A DNA stretch of 64,000 nucleotides from an uncultured delta proteobacterium (GCA_963727625.1 CAVSHR010000012.1:512001-576000), one strand, 5' to 3'; positions 40,263-52,150 are shown, numbered from the stretch's first letter. The notes: generated by a model not told the origin, from the sequence alone. Translations and numbers: made by a program.

Positions 40263-40887
40263 GTGAATAACCACCGCCTTAAAGGCGGTGGCATCGAATA
40301 ACGGACTGAAAGTCCTGGGTTCCGGCTACAAGCCGGCTTAAAGTTCCCGCCCCCAATGGGCGGCTGTAGACGGTCTTAACCGTCTACTTTGAAATCATCG
40401 TCACGATCATGATTCTGATTCGATATATATTCCGCGATCACCTCGTCGGTCACATTCCCGCTACTGCAGCAGAAGTATCCCCGTGCCCACAGATGCCGAC
40501 CCCAAAACTGCTTCTGCAAATGCGGAAATTCTCCCATCAACTTGTACGAACTCTTCCCCTTCAACCATTGGATCAACCGACTGATTGTCACTTGCGGCGG
40601 TATCGACACGAACAGATGCAGATGGTCCTTCGCCACATGTCCCTTCAGGATCGTTACTTCGTGTTGCCCGCAGATCTCACGGATTATGTCTCTTACTCGC
40701 GTCGCCACTTCCCCCGTCAACGCTGCCCGATGGTATTTGGTCGTCCATACCAGATGCAAATGTATCTCGAATACCGTGTGTGCTCCGCGTCGATACTCCT
40801 TCATCCGCACACACTACCACAGTGTCACAAAAACTTGCTAAAGCCGTCGCCTAAAGGCGAGGGCTTCAACCCTCCCAGAGTGGGACA
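40263..40887 (-). mobile_element. IS200/IS605 family element (tnpA only), 625 bp
   Basis: Subterminal hairpins aagccgtcgcctaaaggcgagggctt and ccaccgccttaaaggcggtgg; TCAC at both junctions on the minus strand. Confidence 0.9.
40376..40810 (-). CDS. tnpA: Y1 HUH transposase
   Basis: HLVWTTKY, DHLHL, LKGKSS, LWARGYF, EYISNQ. Confidence 0.95.
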   Translation of the reverse strand: MRMKEYRRGAHTVFEIHLHLVWTTKYHRAALTGEVATRVRDIIREICGQHEVTILKGHVAKDHLHLFVSIPPQVTISRLIQWLKGKSSYKLMGEFPHLQKQFWGRHLWARGYFCCSSGNVTDEVIAEYISNQNHDRDDDFKVDG

Positions 40888-41529
40888 GTGAGCTGATACT
40901 CTTCGAGCTTCGCGGCCTCCAGAATCAGATGTTTCGCCCCTTCTCGGCGCATCGTGCTCATATTGAGAATCAGATCATAACGACTAGGATCGCGCCAATC
41001 CGCGCCAAACATCGCCATAAGCCGGCGACTGCGGGCTTTATCGACCTCTTCTATATAGTGGCGCGCCGCGACGTCAGTCAGATTTTGTCGTGACCGGACT
41101 TGTCCAATGCGAAATTCGATTGGCGCAGTTAAAAGTACCTTCAGCACGTGGCCGATACCGGCCAAAAGCTCATGACCCACATGGCCGTGGTAAATCAACT
41201 TTCCGTCATGGGCCAGCTCGCACAGCGCGGCTTGGAGAGCTATCCGGTAGGGCCGCAGATCGAGCAGGAGACGCTCCCACCAGTGCGGGCCTTTTTCGAG
41301 GATCTCGTTGAGTTTTGCTTGGGGAATACCATAGCGACGGCTCGCTTCCACGAGCAACTCGCGCCCAACGCAACGATAACCGAGAGCTTGGGCCACAGTC
41401 CCGGCCAATTCCTGACCTTCGCCGGAAGCACCCTGATAGATTGTGATGATCGGCATGCCAGCTACTCTCCTAACCTCTAAAAGCTACCAACCTCCCCGCG
41501 TGAAAATCTGAAACAAACCCACAGATGCT

Positions 41530-41694
41530 AAATCCGAAATTCGAAGCACGAAATCCGAAACAAACTAAAATCAACTGAATCCTAAATTCAAATATCAAAA
41601 CTCGATCTGGTCGATAACGCTTGGCACATTCTAATTGTTTTGTATTTCATGTTTTGAAATTGTTTCGGATTTCGAAATTCGTGCTTCGAAATTT
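41530..41694. repeat. Family A periodic inverted repeat, empty
   Basis: aaatccgaaattcgaagcacgaaatccgaaac ... gtttcggatttcgaaattcgtgcttcgaaattt. Confidence 0.85.
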
Positions 41695-41719
41695 TCCCGA
41701 GTTGCTTACCTTTCACCCC

Positions 41720-43798
<2,079 letters not shown>

Positions 43799-43987
43799 AG
43801 AAAAAGACCGGGATGAGAAAAAGCCGCGGGCGCACGAAAGCAAGGAAGAGGTGCAATTGTGGCGTTATGAGAGGCGCGCTCGGGGGTTGAGTTTCTTTTA
43901 CGCCAGTCGGTTGCCGGGCGTCAAGGAATGGTTTCGGAGGTTGTGAGGCGTCAAAGGTTAGGGGTTAGGCAAGCCGGAAAACATCAC

Positions 43988-44075
43988 TCGCGCAAAGAGT
44001 GCTAAGGACGTTAAGGAAACACGATTTACAGGTACGGTGGCTGCTCCTTTGCGACCTTCGCCTACTTCGGGCGCG
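43988..44075. repeat. Degenerate family B inverted repeat, empty
   Basis: tcgcgcaaagagtgctaaggacgttaagg ... cctttgcgaccttcgcctacttcgggcgcgg. Confidence 0.55.
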
Positions 44076-44103
44076 GACATTTATATCTGGAGAGGTTGAT
44101 TCC

Positions 44104-44406
44104 CCCGCAAAGGCGCAAAGACGCCAAGTTAACAAAGCCCACGGAACAAAGAACTTATTTCATTAGACTCGGAGTCGAGTCTGATGAGCTCTGCAGATCG
44201 GCAGTGGCGCTTCCGATAATCATGATAAAAGGAACCGATGGTTCAGCGGTCCCGTTCACTCCCTGCGCGCCCAAAACATTCTTTTTTTCTCTGGGGGCCG
44301 CGGCAAACCAGGAAAACTACTCTGCTCTGGTCGGTTTACCCAAGCGCTCATTGGGTCGATCTGCTCGACACCGATACCCTACTTTGCACCTTGGCGACTT
44401 TGCGGG
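44104..44406. repeat. Family B arm pair enclosing an ATPase gene fragment
   Basis: cccgcaaaggcgcaaagacgccaag ... ctttgcaccttggcgactttgcggg. Confidence 0.7.
44238..44381 (+). pseudogene. N-terminal fragment of AAA_14/DUF4143-type ATPase
   Basis: SFFLWGPRQTRKTTLL (degenerate Walker A), WVDLL; similarity ends at the family B arm. Confidence 0.65.
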
Positions 44407-44508
44407 AGAAAATCCGAATCCTAGAGAAAAAATTCTCGTGCAAAGATGCAGGGTATATGGACCGCGAGGTTTGACTGCTCCGGACAGATGGACTAACCTT
44501 AGTCCACT

Positions 44509-44748
44509 ATGACTAAGGTGAATATCCATCAGGCGAAGACACAATTTTCCCGGCTGGTCGACCTGGCCGCGAGCGGAGAGGAAATTGTTATCGCAAAATC
44601 TGGTAAACCCGTGGCTCGGTTAGTCCCCTACAAGCAGAAAGGCGCAGTGCGCCGGCCGGGAAGCCTGCGCGGCAAGATTCGGATCAAGAGAAATTTCGAC
44701 GAAACACTTCCGAAAGAGCTGTTGGCTTCGTTCGAAGGAAAGTCGTAA
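44509..44748 (+). CDS. vapB: Phd/YefM family antitoxin
   Basis: VNIHQAKTQFSRLVD...GEEIVIAKSGKPVARLVP. Confidence 0.9.
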   Translation: MTKVNIHQAKTQFSRLVDLAASGEEIVIAKSGKPVARLVPYKQKGAVRRPGSLRGKIRIKRNFDETLPKELLASFEGKS

Positions 44749-44751
44749 GCG

Positions 44752-45147
44752 GTGCGCGTGCTGCTCGACACTCACGTCCTCCTCTGGTGGTTCTCCGACG
44801 ACCGCAAGCTTGCGAAGGACGCGCGGGCTATCATTGCCAATCCCGACAACGACGTGCTCGTGAGCGCGGCGTCGGCTTGGGAAATATCGATCAAAGCGGC
44901 GCTAGGTCGGCTCGAAATTGAATTGGATGACCTGGAAGATGCAATCTTAAAAAACGGTTTTCGGCCGCTACCGATCGGGTTGCGCCATGCCGTAACTGCC
45001 GGTCGTCTGCCCAATATACACCGTGATCCCTTCGATCGGATGCTCGTTGCTCAGGCCAGTATCGAGGAACTGCGAGTGGTTTCTCACGACCGGGTGTTCG
45101 AGCGTTACGGACTCAAGGATGGGGGATTGCCACCGATCATAGTGTGA
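44752..45147 (+). CDS. vapC: PIN-domain toxin
   Basis: LLDTHVLLW, SAASAWEISIK, HRDPFDRMLVAQA. Confidence 0.92.
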   Translation: MRVLLDTHVLLWWFSDDRKLAKDARAIIANPDNDVLVSAASAWEISIKAALGRLEIELDDLEDAILKNGFRPLPIGLRHAVTAGRLPNIHRDPFDRMLVAQASIEELRVVSHDRVFERYGLKDGGLPPIIV

Positions 45148-45159
45148 ATCGTACCGAAA

Positions 45160-45240
45160 CTTTGCGCCTTGGCGTCTTCGCGGCAGAATATTCTTTTCCC
45201 GGATTCAGATGATCTCCCGCCAGGGCGCAAAGACGCCAAG
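45160..45240. repeat. Two family B arms back to back
   Basis: ctttgcgccttggcgtcttcgcggcagaatattct then cccgccagggcgcaaagacgccaag. Confidence 0.7.
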
Positions 45241-45424
45241 GTAGGAATTAACCCAAAACCGACAATAAAAACGGAAGTCCATCATCCTGAATGAATCAAT
45301 GCGTGAGCAGTTCAAAACTTCACTGATTGTGAGCAACTCGATGGACCGGAGAATTGTTAAAATACCAATGGTAAAGTTCCATGCAATTGCCAAATTATTG
45401 TCGGTTTAGGGTTAACGATTTCTT

Positions 45425-46537
45425 TTAGTGATGTGCGGCCTGTTCGTCCAAAGACAGATTGACGTAATGGTGTGACTTCGAGACCGCGCCGATGCCTTTG
45501 ACGATTGTCTGCCAGTGCTCGCCCTCATCCTCGCTGTAAAAAACATCGCCGTCGGTGGTGCCGGCGAAAATCGCATAACCGCCATTCCACACATCCATCG
45601 CCATGCCTTCGATGTTGGCGCGGATGTGTTCCGGTAGTCCCCCGGTCAAAATATCCCAACTCTTGCCGCCGTCGCGGCTGCGCGCGATGCGCGCGTCGGC
45701 GGTGTGGAGCTTTCGCCACGTGCCTGGACCGGTCTTGGCGCCGGCGACGTAAAGCAAATTCGGATCGCCGGGATGAACGAAGAACGGATCGACGTAGCCG
45801 ATACGGAAATCGCGCGGCGTCATGCTCTGCCAAGTTGCGCCGCCGTCGCTGCTGACGCAGAATCCCGCCGGCGTTTCCGGCCCGCAGTTGGTCGTCGGCG
45901 CGGTGCCGTAAAGCTTGCTCGGATCGTTGGTGGGAATTAATACGCGGTGGGCGTCGGGGTTGATGCTATCGATGGTCGTCCAGGATTTGCCGCCGTCGGT
46001 GCTGCGCAAAAAACCGCCGACTTCGACGGCGACGTGAATGATGTTTGGATCTTTCGGATGGAAAGTGATGCTCTTCGCGTGCGCCTGATGCGGCGGGCCG
46101 GGGAAGGTCCATTTTTCCACCCCCGGCACCTGGCGCAACCCCGGCAACTCGGTCCAACTCTTGCCGAGATCGTCGCTGTAAAACAAGTGCGCCGGCTGGG
46201 TGCCGGCGTAGACGCGCGGCTTGCCGTTTACAACTTGAGTGGCCAGCGAATAAATCTCCTTGTCGCCGATGCCGTTATCGCGCCGCTCCCAGGTCTTGCC
46301 GAGATCCGAACTGGCGTAAATCTCACAACTATAGGTTCCGCCGAACAACGTCTTGGTCGTGGGCTCGAAGATAATCGAGCTGAAATGTTTTCCCGGGACC
46401 ATGGTTCCCTGGCCCTCCCAGGAGCCGTTGCGTTTTTGAAATGCGAAGATGCCGCCGACGGTACCGACGAGCAATTTATCTTTTGCAGTCTCGCCCTGAG
46501 TGAGCGACTGCCCTCCGGGGGACAAACATATAAACAT
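45425..46537 (-). CDS. BNR/Asp-box beta-propeller protein
   Basis: Repeated S.DGG..W / S.DLG..W Asp-boxes. Confidence 0.85.
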   Translation of the reverse strand: MFICLSPGGQSLTQGETAKDKLLVGTVGGIFAFQKRNGSWEGQGTMVPGKHFSSIIFEPTTKTLFGGTYSCEIYASSDLGKTWERRDNGIGDKEIYSLATQVVNGKPRVYAGTQPAHLFYSDDLGKSWTELPGLRQVPGVEKWTFPGPPHQAHAKSITFHPKDPNIIHVAVEVGGFLRSTDGGKSWTTIDSINPDAHRVLIPTNDPSKLYGTAPTTNCGPETPAGFCVSSDGGATWQSMTPRDFRIGYVDPFFVHPGDPNLLYVAGAKTGPGTWRKLHTADARIARSRDGGKSWDILTGGLPEHIRANIEGMAMDVWNGGYAIFAGTTDGDVFYSEDEGEHWQTIVKGIGAVSKSHHYVNLSLDEQAAHH

Positions 46538-46786
46538 GGCCTCGCCTCCTTTCCTGGTTAAAAACGCCCGTGTTTCTTTGATGAAGTCCTTCGATACTGC
46601 GCTGGAGGATTACTCTACTTAACCATTGACTGGCTCGTCAAGATGGTCGCGGGTGACTCTGATTTTGTCGACCCGCCGGCGGTGAGCCTGGGGGGGACGT
46701 TCGTTGTTGCGGGAACCTTTCTCGCCGGGCTCCGTCTAATCCAGCCAAGTGTGCATCATACGCGGTAACGGAGCGTAATCCCGGCG

Positions 46787-47683
46787 ATGTCAAAGCTCGC
46801 TTCACATAGTTTCTTACAGCCTTTTCCCCAAGATCCGCGCTACTACCAGATCGCCGTCCTATCCTCGCTGGTGATCTTCAGCGTCGGCTGGCTCGGCTTC
46901 GACGCGAATGGTTGGCAAATCTTTATTCTGTTGATTTCGGCGCTGCTCGCCCAATTTGCCTGCACCGCGCTGACGGGCGCAAAAAAGTTCGATCCCAAGA
47001 GTCCGCTGATTTCCGGTCTTTCGCTTTGCTTGTTGCTGCGGGCCAACCATCCCTTGCTGCTGATGATAACGGCCATCGTGACCATCGGCAGTAAATTCAT
47101 TTTCCAGTGCAACGGCAAGCATCTTTTCAATCCGACCAATTTCGGCATCGTCGTCATGCTCGCCCTCGGCGCCGACGTTTGGGTTTCTCCGGGGCAATGG
47201 GGCAGTAAATTTTATTTTGCTTTCCTCCTGGCCTGCCTGGGCGGCATGGTGATCCATCGCGCCCTGCGCAGCGACGTGAGCTATGCCTTTCTGTTTTTTT
47301 TCAGCGCGATCTTGTTCGGCAGAGCCTGGTGGCTCGGCGATCCCTGGACGATTCCGCTCAAACAGCTGCAAAGCGGCGCCCTGCTTCTCTTCACGTTTTT
47401 TATGATTTCCGACCCCAAAACCACGCCCGATTCGCGCGCCGGGAGAATTCTGTTCGCCTCGCTCGTCGCCGCCGGCGCCGCCTACGTGCAGTTCGGCCTG
47501 TTCCACACCAACGGCCTGCTCTGGTCGCTGGCGCTTTGTTCGCTGGCAACGCCGCTGCTCGACTTCTTTCTGCCCGGAACAAAATATCGGTGGAGTGTGT
47601 CTGAGCCATCGTTGACGGCAAAAGGAGATGCTCATGAAGAAGATCGTTTTATCGCTCACCCTGCTGTTCGCCCTGTCGGTTAA
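46787..47683 (+). CDS. NqrB/RnfD-like membrane protein (stand-alone)
   Basis: DPRYYQI, SKF...GKHLFNPTNFG, FFMISDPKTTP. Confidence 0.75.
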   Translation: MSKLASHSFLQPFPQDPRYYQIAVLSSLVIFSVGWLGFDANGWQIFILLISALLAQFACTALTGAKKFDPKSPLISGLSLCLLLRANHPLLLMITAIVTIGSKFIFQCNGKHLFNPTNFGIVVMLALGADVWVSPGQWGSKFYFAFLLACLGGMVIHRALRSDVSYAFLFFFSAILFGRAWWLGDPWTIPLKQLQSGALLLFTFFMISDPKTTPDSRAGRILFASLVAAGAAYVQFGLFHTNGLLWSLALCSLATPLLDFFLPGTKYRWSVSEPSLTAKGDAHEEDRFIAHPAVRPVG

Positions 47684-49010
47684 AGCGCAACCGGCGTTTA
47701 GCTTCTGCGGCTTTTACGTCGCCAAGGCCGACACCAAGATTTTTAACAAGGCGTCGCAAGTCGTGCTCGTGCGCCAGGACGACAAAACTGTGATTACGAT
47801 GGTCAACGATTTCAAGGGTGACCCGAAGGAATTCGCCGTCGTCATTCCGGTGCCGACGCTTGTCGAACGAGCGCAGATCCACGTCGGCGAAAAGAAGGTA
47901 ATCGATCATCTCGACGCCTACACCTCGCCGCGTCTAGTGGAGTATTTCGACGGCAGTCCTTGCGAGCTGCGGGTCTTGCGCGAGCAGATGAAGCTGGGCG
48001 CGGCGATGCCGTCGTCCAAAGCGGCGGATCGCGCTCGAGCCGACGCTCTCGGCGTCACCGTTCAAGCGCAATATACCGTCGGCGAATACGACATCGTCAT
48101 TCTCTCCGCCAAACAGGGCCGAGGTCTGGAAACCTGGCTCAAGGAGAACGGTTATCGTCTCCCCAAGGGCGCGTCGGAAGTGCTCGGCAGTTACATCAAA
48201 CAAAAGATGCACTTCTTCATCGCCAAGGTGAATTTGAAAGAACAGTCGCGCCTCGGCTTCCATTCGCTGCGACCCATCCAGGTCGCTTATGAATCGCCCA
48301 AGTTCATGTTGCCGCTGCGCCTGGGCACGCTCAACGCCGACGGCTACCAGGAGCTTTTCATTTATACGCTAACCCGAAGAGGACGCGTCGAGCCGACCAA
48401 CTATCGCGCGATCAAATTGCCGACGGGGATGGGTTTGCCGATCTACATCAAGACGCGCTTCAAAGATTTTTATCGCGACATGTTCGAGCAGCAGGTCGAG
48501 CGCGCCGACATGCGCGCGGTCTTCACCGAATACGCCTGGGACATGAACTGGTGCGATCCCTGCGCGGCCGAACCGCTCTCTCATGAAGAACTTCGCGGCC
48601 TTGGCGTCTTCTGGCTCAACGAAACGCGGCCGGAAGCCGTACCGGGTCGCGGGCGCCGTCCCATCCTGCCTCCGGCGGGCGCTGCCCGCGACGTCTTTGT
48701 CACGCGCCTGCACGTGCGCTACGACGCGCAGCATTTCCCTGAAGATTTGATTCTCCAGGAGACCGCGGATCGAAATAATTTTCAGGCCCGCTACGTCTTG
48801 CGCCATCCGTGGAAAGGCGCGGATTCGGCTTGCCCGGCGACGGAGGAATACCGCCGCCAGGTTTTACGGCGCCAGGAAAACGAAGCGCGCCAGCTCGCCA
48901 ATCTGACCGGCTGGGAAATCGATCAAATCCGCGCCGAGATGAAACTGAGCGGGCGGAACCCGGCCGACCACGGCAAAAGCGCTTGGTGGAAAAAATTATG
49001 GAACCGGTAG
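47634..49010 (+). CDS. DUF2330 domain exported protein
   Basis: Signal peptide then FCGFYV, VGEYDI, WL..NGY, MLPLRLG, WCDPC, TRLH.RY, FQARY. Confidence 0.8.
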   Translation: MKKIVLSLTLLFALSVKAQPAFSFCGFYVAKADTKIFNKASQVVLVRQDDKTVITMVNDFKGDPKEFAVVIPVPTLVERAQIHVGEKKVIDHLDAYTSPRLVEYFDGSPCELRVLREQMKLGAAMPSSKAADRARADALGVTVQAQYTVGEYDIVILSAKQGRGLETWLKENGYRLPKGASEVLGSYIKQKMHFFIAKVNLKEQSRLGFHSLRPIQVAYESPKFMLPLRLGTLNADGYQELFIYTLTRRGRVEPTNYRAIKLPTGMGLPIYIKTRFKDFYRDMFEQQVERADMRAVFTEYAWDMNWCDPCAAEPLSHEELRGLGVFWLNETRPEAVPGRGRRPILPPAGAARDVFVTRLHVRYDAQHFPEDLILQETADRNNFQARYVLRHPWKGADSACPATEEYRRQVLRRQENEARQLANLTGWEIDQIRAEMKLSGRNPADHGKSAWWKKLWNR

Positions 49011-49043
49011 CTTTGGCTTGAAACAAGTGGTGGGAGGAGAAAT

Positions 49044-49081
49044 ACGTCGAGGCCCGGCCTTACTATGCCGAGCCTCGACGT
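49044..49081. terminator. Hairpin between convergent genes
   Basis: acgtcgaggc ... gcctcgacgt with internal cggc/gccg stem. Confidence 0.55.
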
Positions 49082-49128
49082 CTTGGGTCAACTATTTGCT
49101 TTAATCGCTTCGGGTTATTTTAAAAGTC

Positions 49129-49803
49129 TCAAAGCGGTTCGAGATACAAACCGATGGCACGGATCACAATCTGATCGATGATATTGCCAAAGGTTACTCC
49201 GATATTGAGACGCACAGGCCCGTTGAGCGGATCTACAGCCGTTGCTGCGGGCGTGCTGTCCACACAGACGGCGATTGTGCTCGTCTGATCTGTGGGATCG
49301 GTCAAGACGGGGGTGGCGATCCCTGGAGCCGTCAACTGCGATAGGTTGATGGAGCTAATGAAAGTCCCTATGGCCGACGACTGGTAACAAACATTGACCT
49401 TGGCAATTTTGTAACCGGGGGGCACCTGAAGCCCCATCTCTAAGCCCTTGTCGGCAATGGGTACGAGCGCGGTCGTCTGAATGAGCAAGCCGCTCGCTCC
49501 CGCCAGCGGTGCGGTCGCCTGCGACGCAGTCACTAGATCCGCGGGATCTGCCATCAGTCCAAGATGGTTGATCCATAGAAGGTTAGCCTGCGGCGCGAGC
49601 TGGTCGATTTGCGATTGTAATTCACCGACAGTCGTATTTAATTGGTTAATTTGGCTCTGCAACGATGCCAGCGGATTTCCGGGCCCATCTGGTAAACCGG
49701 ACTTACCCCGTTTCTTGGCCAGCGCGGTGTCGACGCTGGCGCTGGAAAGCAACAGCCCCCCAACCAAGGCCGCTGCATAGAAGCCTCTCAGCACTTTATT
49801 CAT
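49129..49803 (-). CDS. Hypothetical exported protein with short coiled coil
   Basis: Signal peptide, LQSQINQL/LQSQIDQL repeat, beta-rich C-terminus. Confidence 0.65.
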   Translation of the reverse strand: MNKVLRGFYAAALVGGLLLSSASVDTALAKKRGKSGLPDGPGNPLASLQSQINQLNTTVGELQSQIDQLAPQANLLWINHLGLMADPADLVTASQATAPLAGASGLLIQTTALVPIADKGLEMGLQVPPGYKIAKVNVCYQSSAIGTFISSINLSQLTAPGIATPVLTDPTDQTSTIAVCVDSTPAATAVDPLNGPVRLNIGVTFGNIIDQIVIRAIGLYLEPL

Positions 49804-50228
49804 TTGTTATCCCCCCTATGTTTTTTATTTTTGTCACCCGACTCGGCGTGATGCCGAACCGACAACATCCACGTCTTTACGCAAAGGATATACCGATCGG
49901 CACGAGGTTAACGACCGCTTCAAGTGCCTTAGCACATCACGCTATAGAATGGTCTTAATAAGCAAAGAAACGTAATTTTGGGACTGTGGCTTGATGCGGA
50001 ATGAGCGCTTTACCGGTCTCGGCCTAACCCATGAAACGGCCATGGATGGCCAATGGGATCGACCATCGATACATTTTTGTCCGTTCCGCGGTTGATGAGA
50101 CAATTGGGACCGGCTAATTTTGAACGTCTCATCGGGCCAGCGTCCTCGACAGACGATTGACAATCTTCTTGCGAAAGAAATCGGCAGCCTCGCTCAAGCG
50201 TCTTGAGACAAGCATCACGCGTGAAAGC

Positions 50229-50747
50229 TCACGAGGCCTTCCTCGTGACGTTGGATTGCGGCCCGCGACCGATCAGCATGCCCCTGACAAAAAGCTGCAA
50301 ACGTTCCCGTTCGCTTTCCTGCCACCGAAGAAACTCCACGCCGGCACTGCCGCGGCTCAGGTTGCGCACAACGGCGGCGTCGACAGTCACCGGCGGCAAG
50401 TCAGCCGAGATTTTCAGATCGATCTGTAAAACCGTGCCGAGTCCGAGATCGGCATCGGTTTTGAATCTGCAGCCGCCCATCGAAACGTTGAGCAGCAAGC
50501 CTTCGCCGGCAACATCCTGACCATGGAATGAAACCGGGAATTGCACTTCCATACGGTCATAGTCGCGCCGGTCTTCCTCGACTCTGGTGTAGCGTACGCC
50601 CCATTGAAAATCGCGGAAGCGTTCGCCGCAGAGTTGGCATTTGAAAGGATAAACATAGAACAGACTAAAAAGCATTTCGGGCAAGCCCGCTCTCGGCACG
50701 CGCCGGATGAAATCCCGCACGCAGTTGGGACATTTGATGTCGGCCAT
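50229..50747 (-). CDS. PilZ domain protein with N-terminal Zn-ribbon-like motif
   Basis: CPNC...CQLC; RRDYDR and NVSMGG PilZ motifs. Confidence 0.85.
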   Translation of the reverse strand: MADIKCPNCVRDFIRRVPRAGLPEMLFSLFYVYPFKCQLCGERFRDFQWGVRYTRVEEDRRDYDRMEVQFPVSFHGQDVAGEGLLLNVSMGGCRFKTDADLGLGTVLQIDLKISADLPPVTVDAAVVRNLSRGSAGVEFLRWQESERERLQLFVRGMLIGRGPQSNVTRKAS

Positions 50748-50755
50748 CGAATCTC

Positions 50756-50869
50756 TTACCTCAGTTCGTCTTGCGGCTTGATCCGCGTGCTCATGAACGC
50801 CGCCATTTCCGGCACCGACTCGACGATATGGCCGTCGCAATCGACGACCGAATAATTATCGTACGACAT
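50756..50869 (-). pseudogene. 5' remnant of an amidohydrolase_2 gene
   Basis: GGAGG SD, MSYDNYSVVDCDGHIVE..., stop after 37 codons. Confidence 0.6.
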
Positions 50870-51120
50870 AATTCCCTCCGTCTTCGCTCTTCACGCATAA
50901 AAGTCCGGCCATCTTAAAACGGACATGGTGCCGGCGGCAAGAGCTGGTCCCATAGTGGGCTGGTTCATTTTCGCTAAACGTTCTCGGTTTGATCAGGATG
51001 ACAAACTGGCAAGCTATCATTTCGAGCTCTTCGGGGACGCTCAGGGTTGACTCCGCGAGGAATCTTTCTTCTTGCGCAAGATCGCCTTGGAACCGAACTG
51101 AACAACTACCGGGTGCGTTG

Positions 51121-51681
51121 CTAGTCTTTGAACCGCTCGACCCATCTGGCGAAAGCGTCGAGGAACCTCTTGACATGCTGGCGGGTGTTTTCGTCGGTCA
51201 ACTTCGCCGACCCATCGAACAGCGGCGCCGCCGAGGGAATCTTGATCTCCGGTTGGGACATCACATAGGTGTCGGTAAAGACAAAGGACTGGCGCAGCGC
51301 GTGTTGCGCGCGAATCGTGCCGCCGAGACCCGGCGAGCAGCCCATCAGCGCCGCCGGCCTGCGGTTGAGCACGCACTTGCCGCTCGGCCGCGATGCCCAG
51401 TCGATGGCGTTTTTCAAAACCCCTGGCACGCCGTAATTATATTCCGGCGTGACGATCAACATGGCGTCAGCGCCGCCGATGAAGGCTTTCATATCCGCCA
51501 CCGGCGTCGGATCGCCTTTCTGAAAAACATCGTCGTTGTACGGCGGGATTTCGCCCAACCGAGTGTAAATCGCAATCTCCATCCCCGCCGGCGCCAGCTC
51601 CACCGCCGCCCGCAACAAGCCCTTGTTGAGCGAACCTTCTCTCAAACTGCCCGCAATCGCCGCAACTCGAATCGCCATCAA
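51121..51681 (-). CDS. NADPH-dependent FMN reductase (ChrR/SsuE family)
   Basis: GSLREGSLN, TPEYNYGVPGVLKNAIDW. Confidence 0.92.
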   Translation of the reverse strand: MMAIRVAAIAGSLREGSLNKGLLRAAVELAPAGMEIAIYTRLGEIPPYNDDVFQKGDPTPVADMKAFIGGADAMLIVTPEYNYGVPGVLKNAIDWASRPSGKCVLNRRPAALMGCSPGLGGTIRAQHALRQSFVFTDTYVMSQPEIKIPSAAPLFDGSAKLTDENTRQHVKRFLDAFARWVERFKD

Positions 51682-51760
51682 ACCTCCAATAAAAAATGTT
51701 AGTTGAGATTTTATAAGGTGCGGATGGCGGCGACGTCAAGCAGGGTCGAAAATGATTCGT

Positions 51761-52149
51761 AAGAAAGTTCAAGGCTTCAAGGTTCAAGGTCGGATCTTAG
51801 GCCAGTAGACCCGTGGGATGGGTTGAGCGCCCCGGTGCCCATTTTCTCCCATCCACCGTTACAACGATGAGTATCGTCGCAAAGCGCCACCTCCCGTCGT
51901 AGGCGGCGAGCGCACCCTATGACTCATTCCTGAAACGGCAGGCGAATCGGGCAAGATTTCTCGCGGAAGCCACGGCGAGCATCGCAATTAGGCTCACAAT
52001 AATGAAGTATTGCGCCCGTAGCCCGTAACAAAGCGAGGGATCTCGAACGACCCGACGCGCACCACTGGGATTTTTCCGGTTGAACCTTTGAACTCTTGAA
52101 CCTTGAACGAATCAAAGTCTTAGACCAATGGAACGATTTGAACTTTCTT
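51761..52149. repeat. Family D periodic inverted repeat (GTTCAAG/CTTGAAC units) with internal REP-like relic
   Basis: aagaaagttcaaggcttcaaggttcaagg ... ttgaacctttgaactcttgaaccttgaac ... ttgaactttctt (12-bp perfect outer IR). Confidence 0.7.
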
Positions 52150-52150
52150 C

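Larger units (their letters stand above)
40013..41456 (-). pseudogene. Cytidylate kinase-like protein with C-terminal BON-like domain, interrupted by IS200/IS605
   Basis: Removing 40263-40887 gives an 819-nt open frame reading ...EEYQLTPESNQAF...; ITI..GASGEG, YHGH, YDLILN. Confidence 0.85.

Noticed and set aside
44104-45240. Integron attC sites
   Set aside because: No integrase in the window, and the arms lack clear RYYYAAC/GTTRRRY cores.
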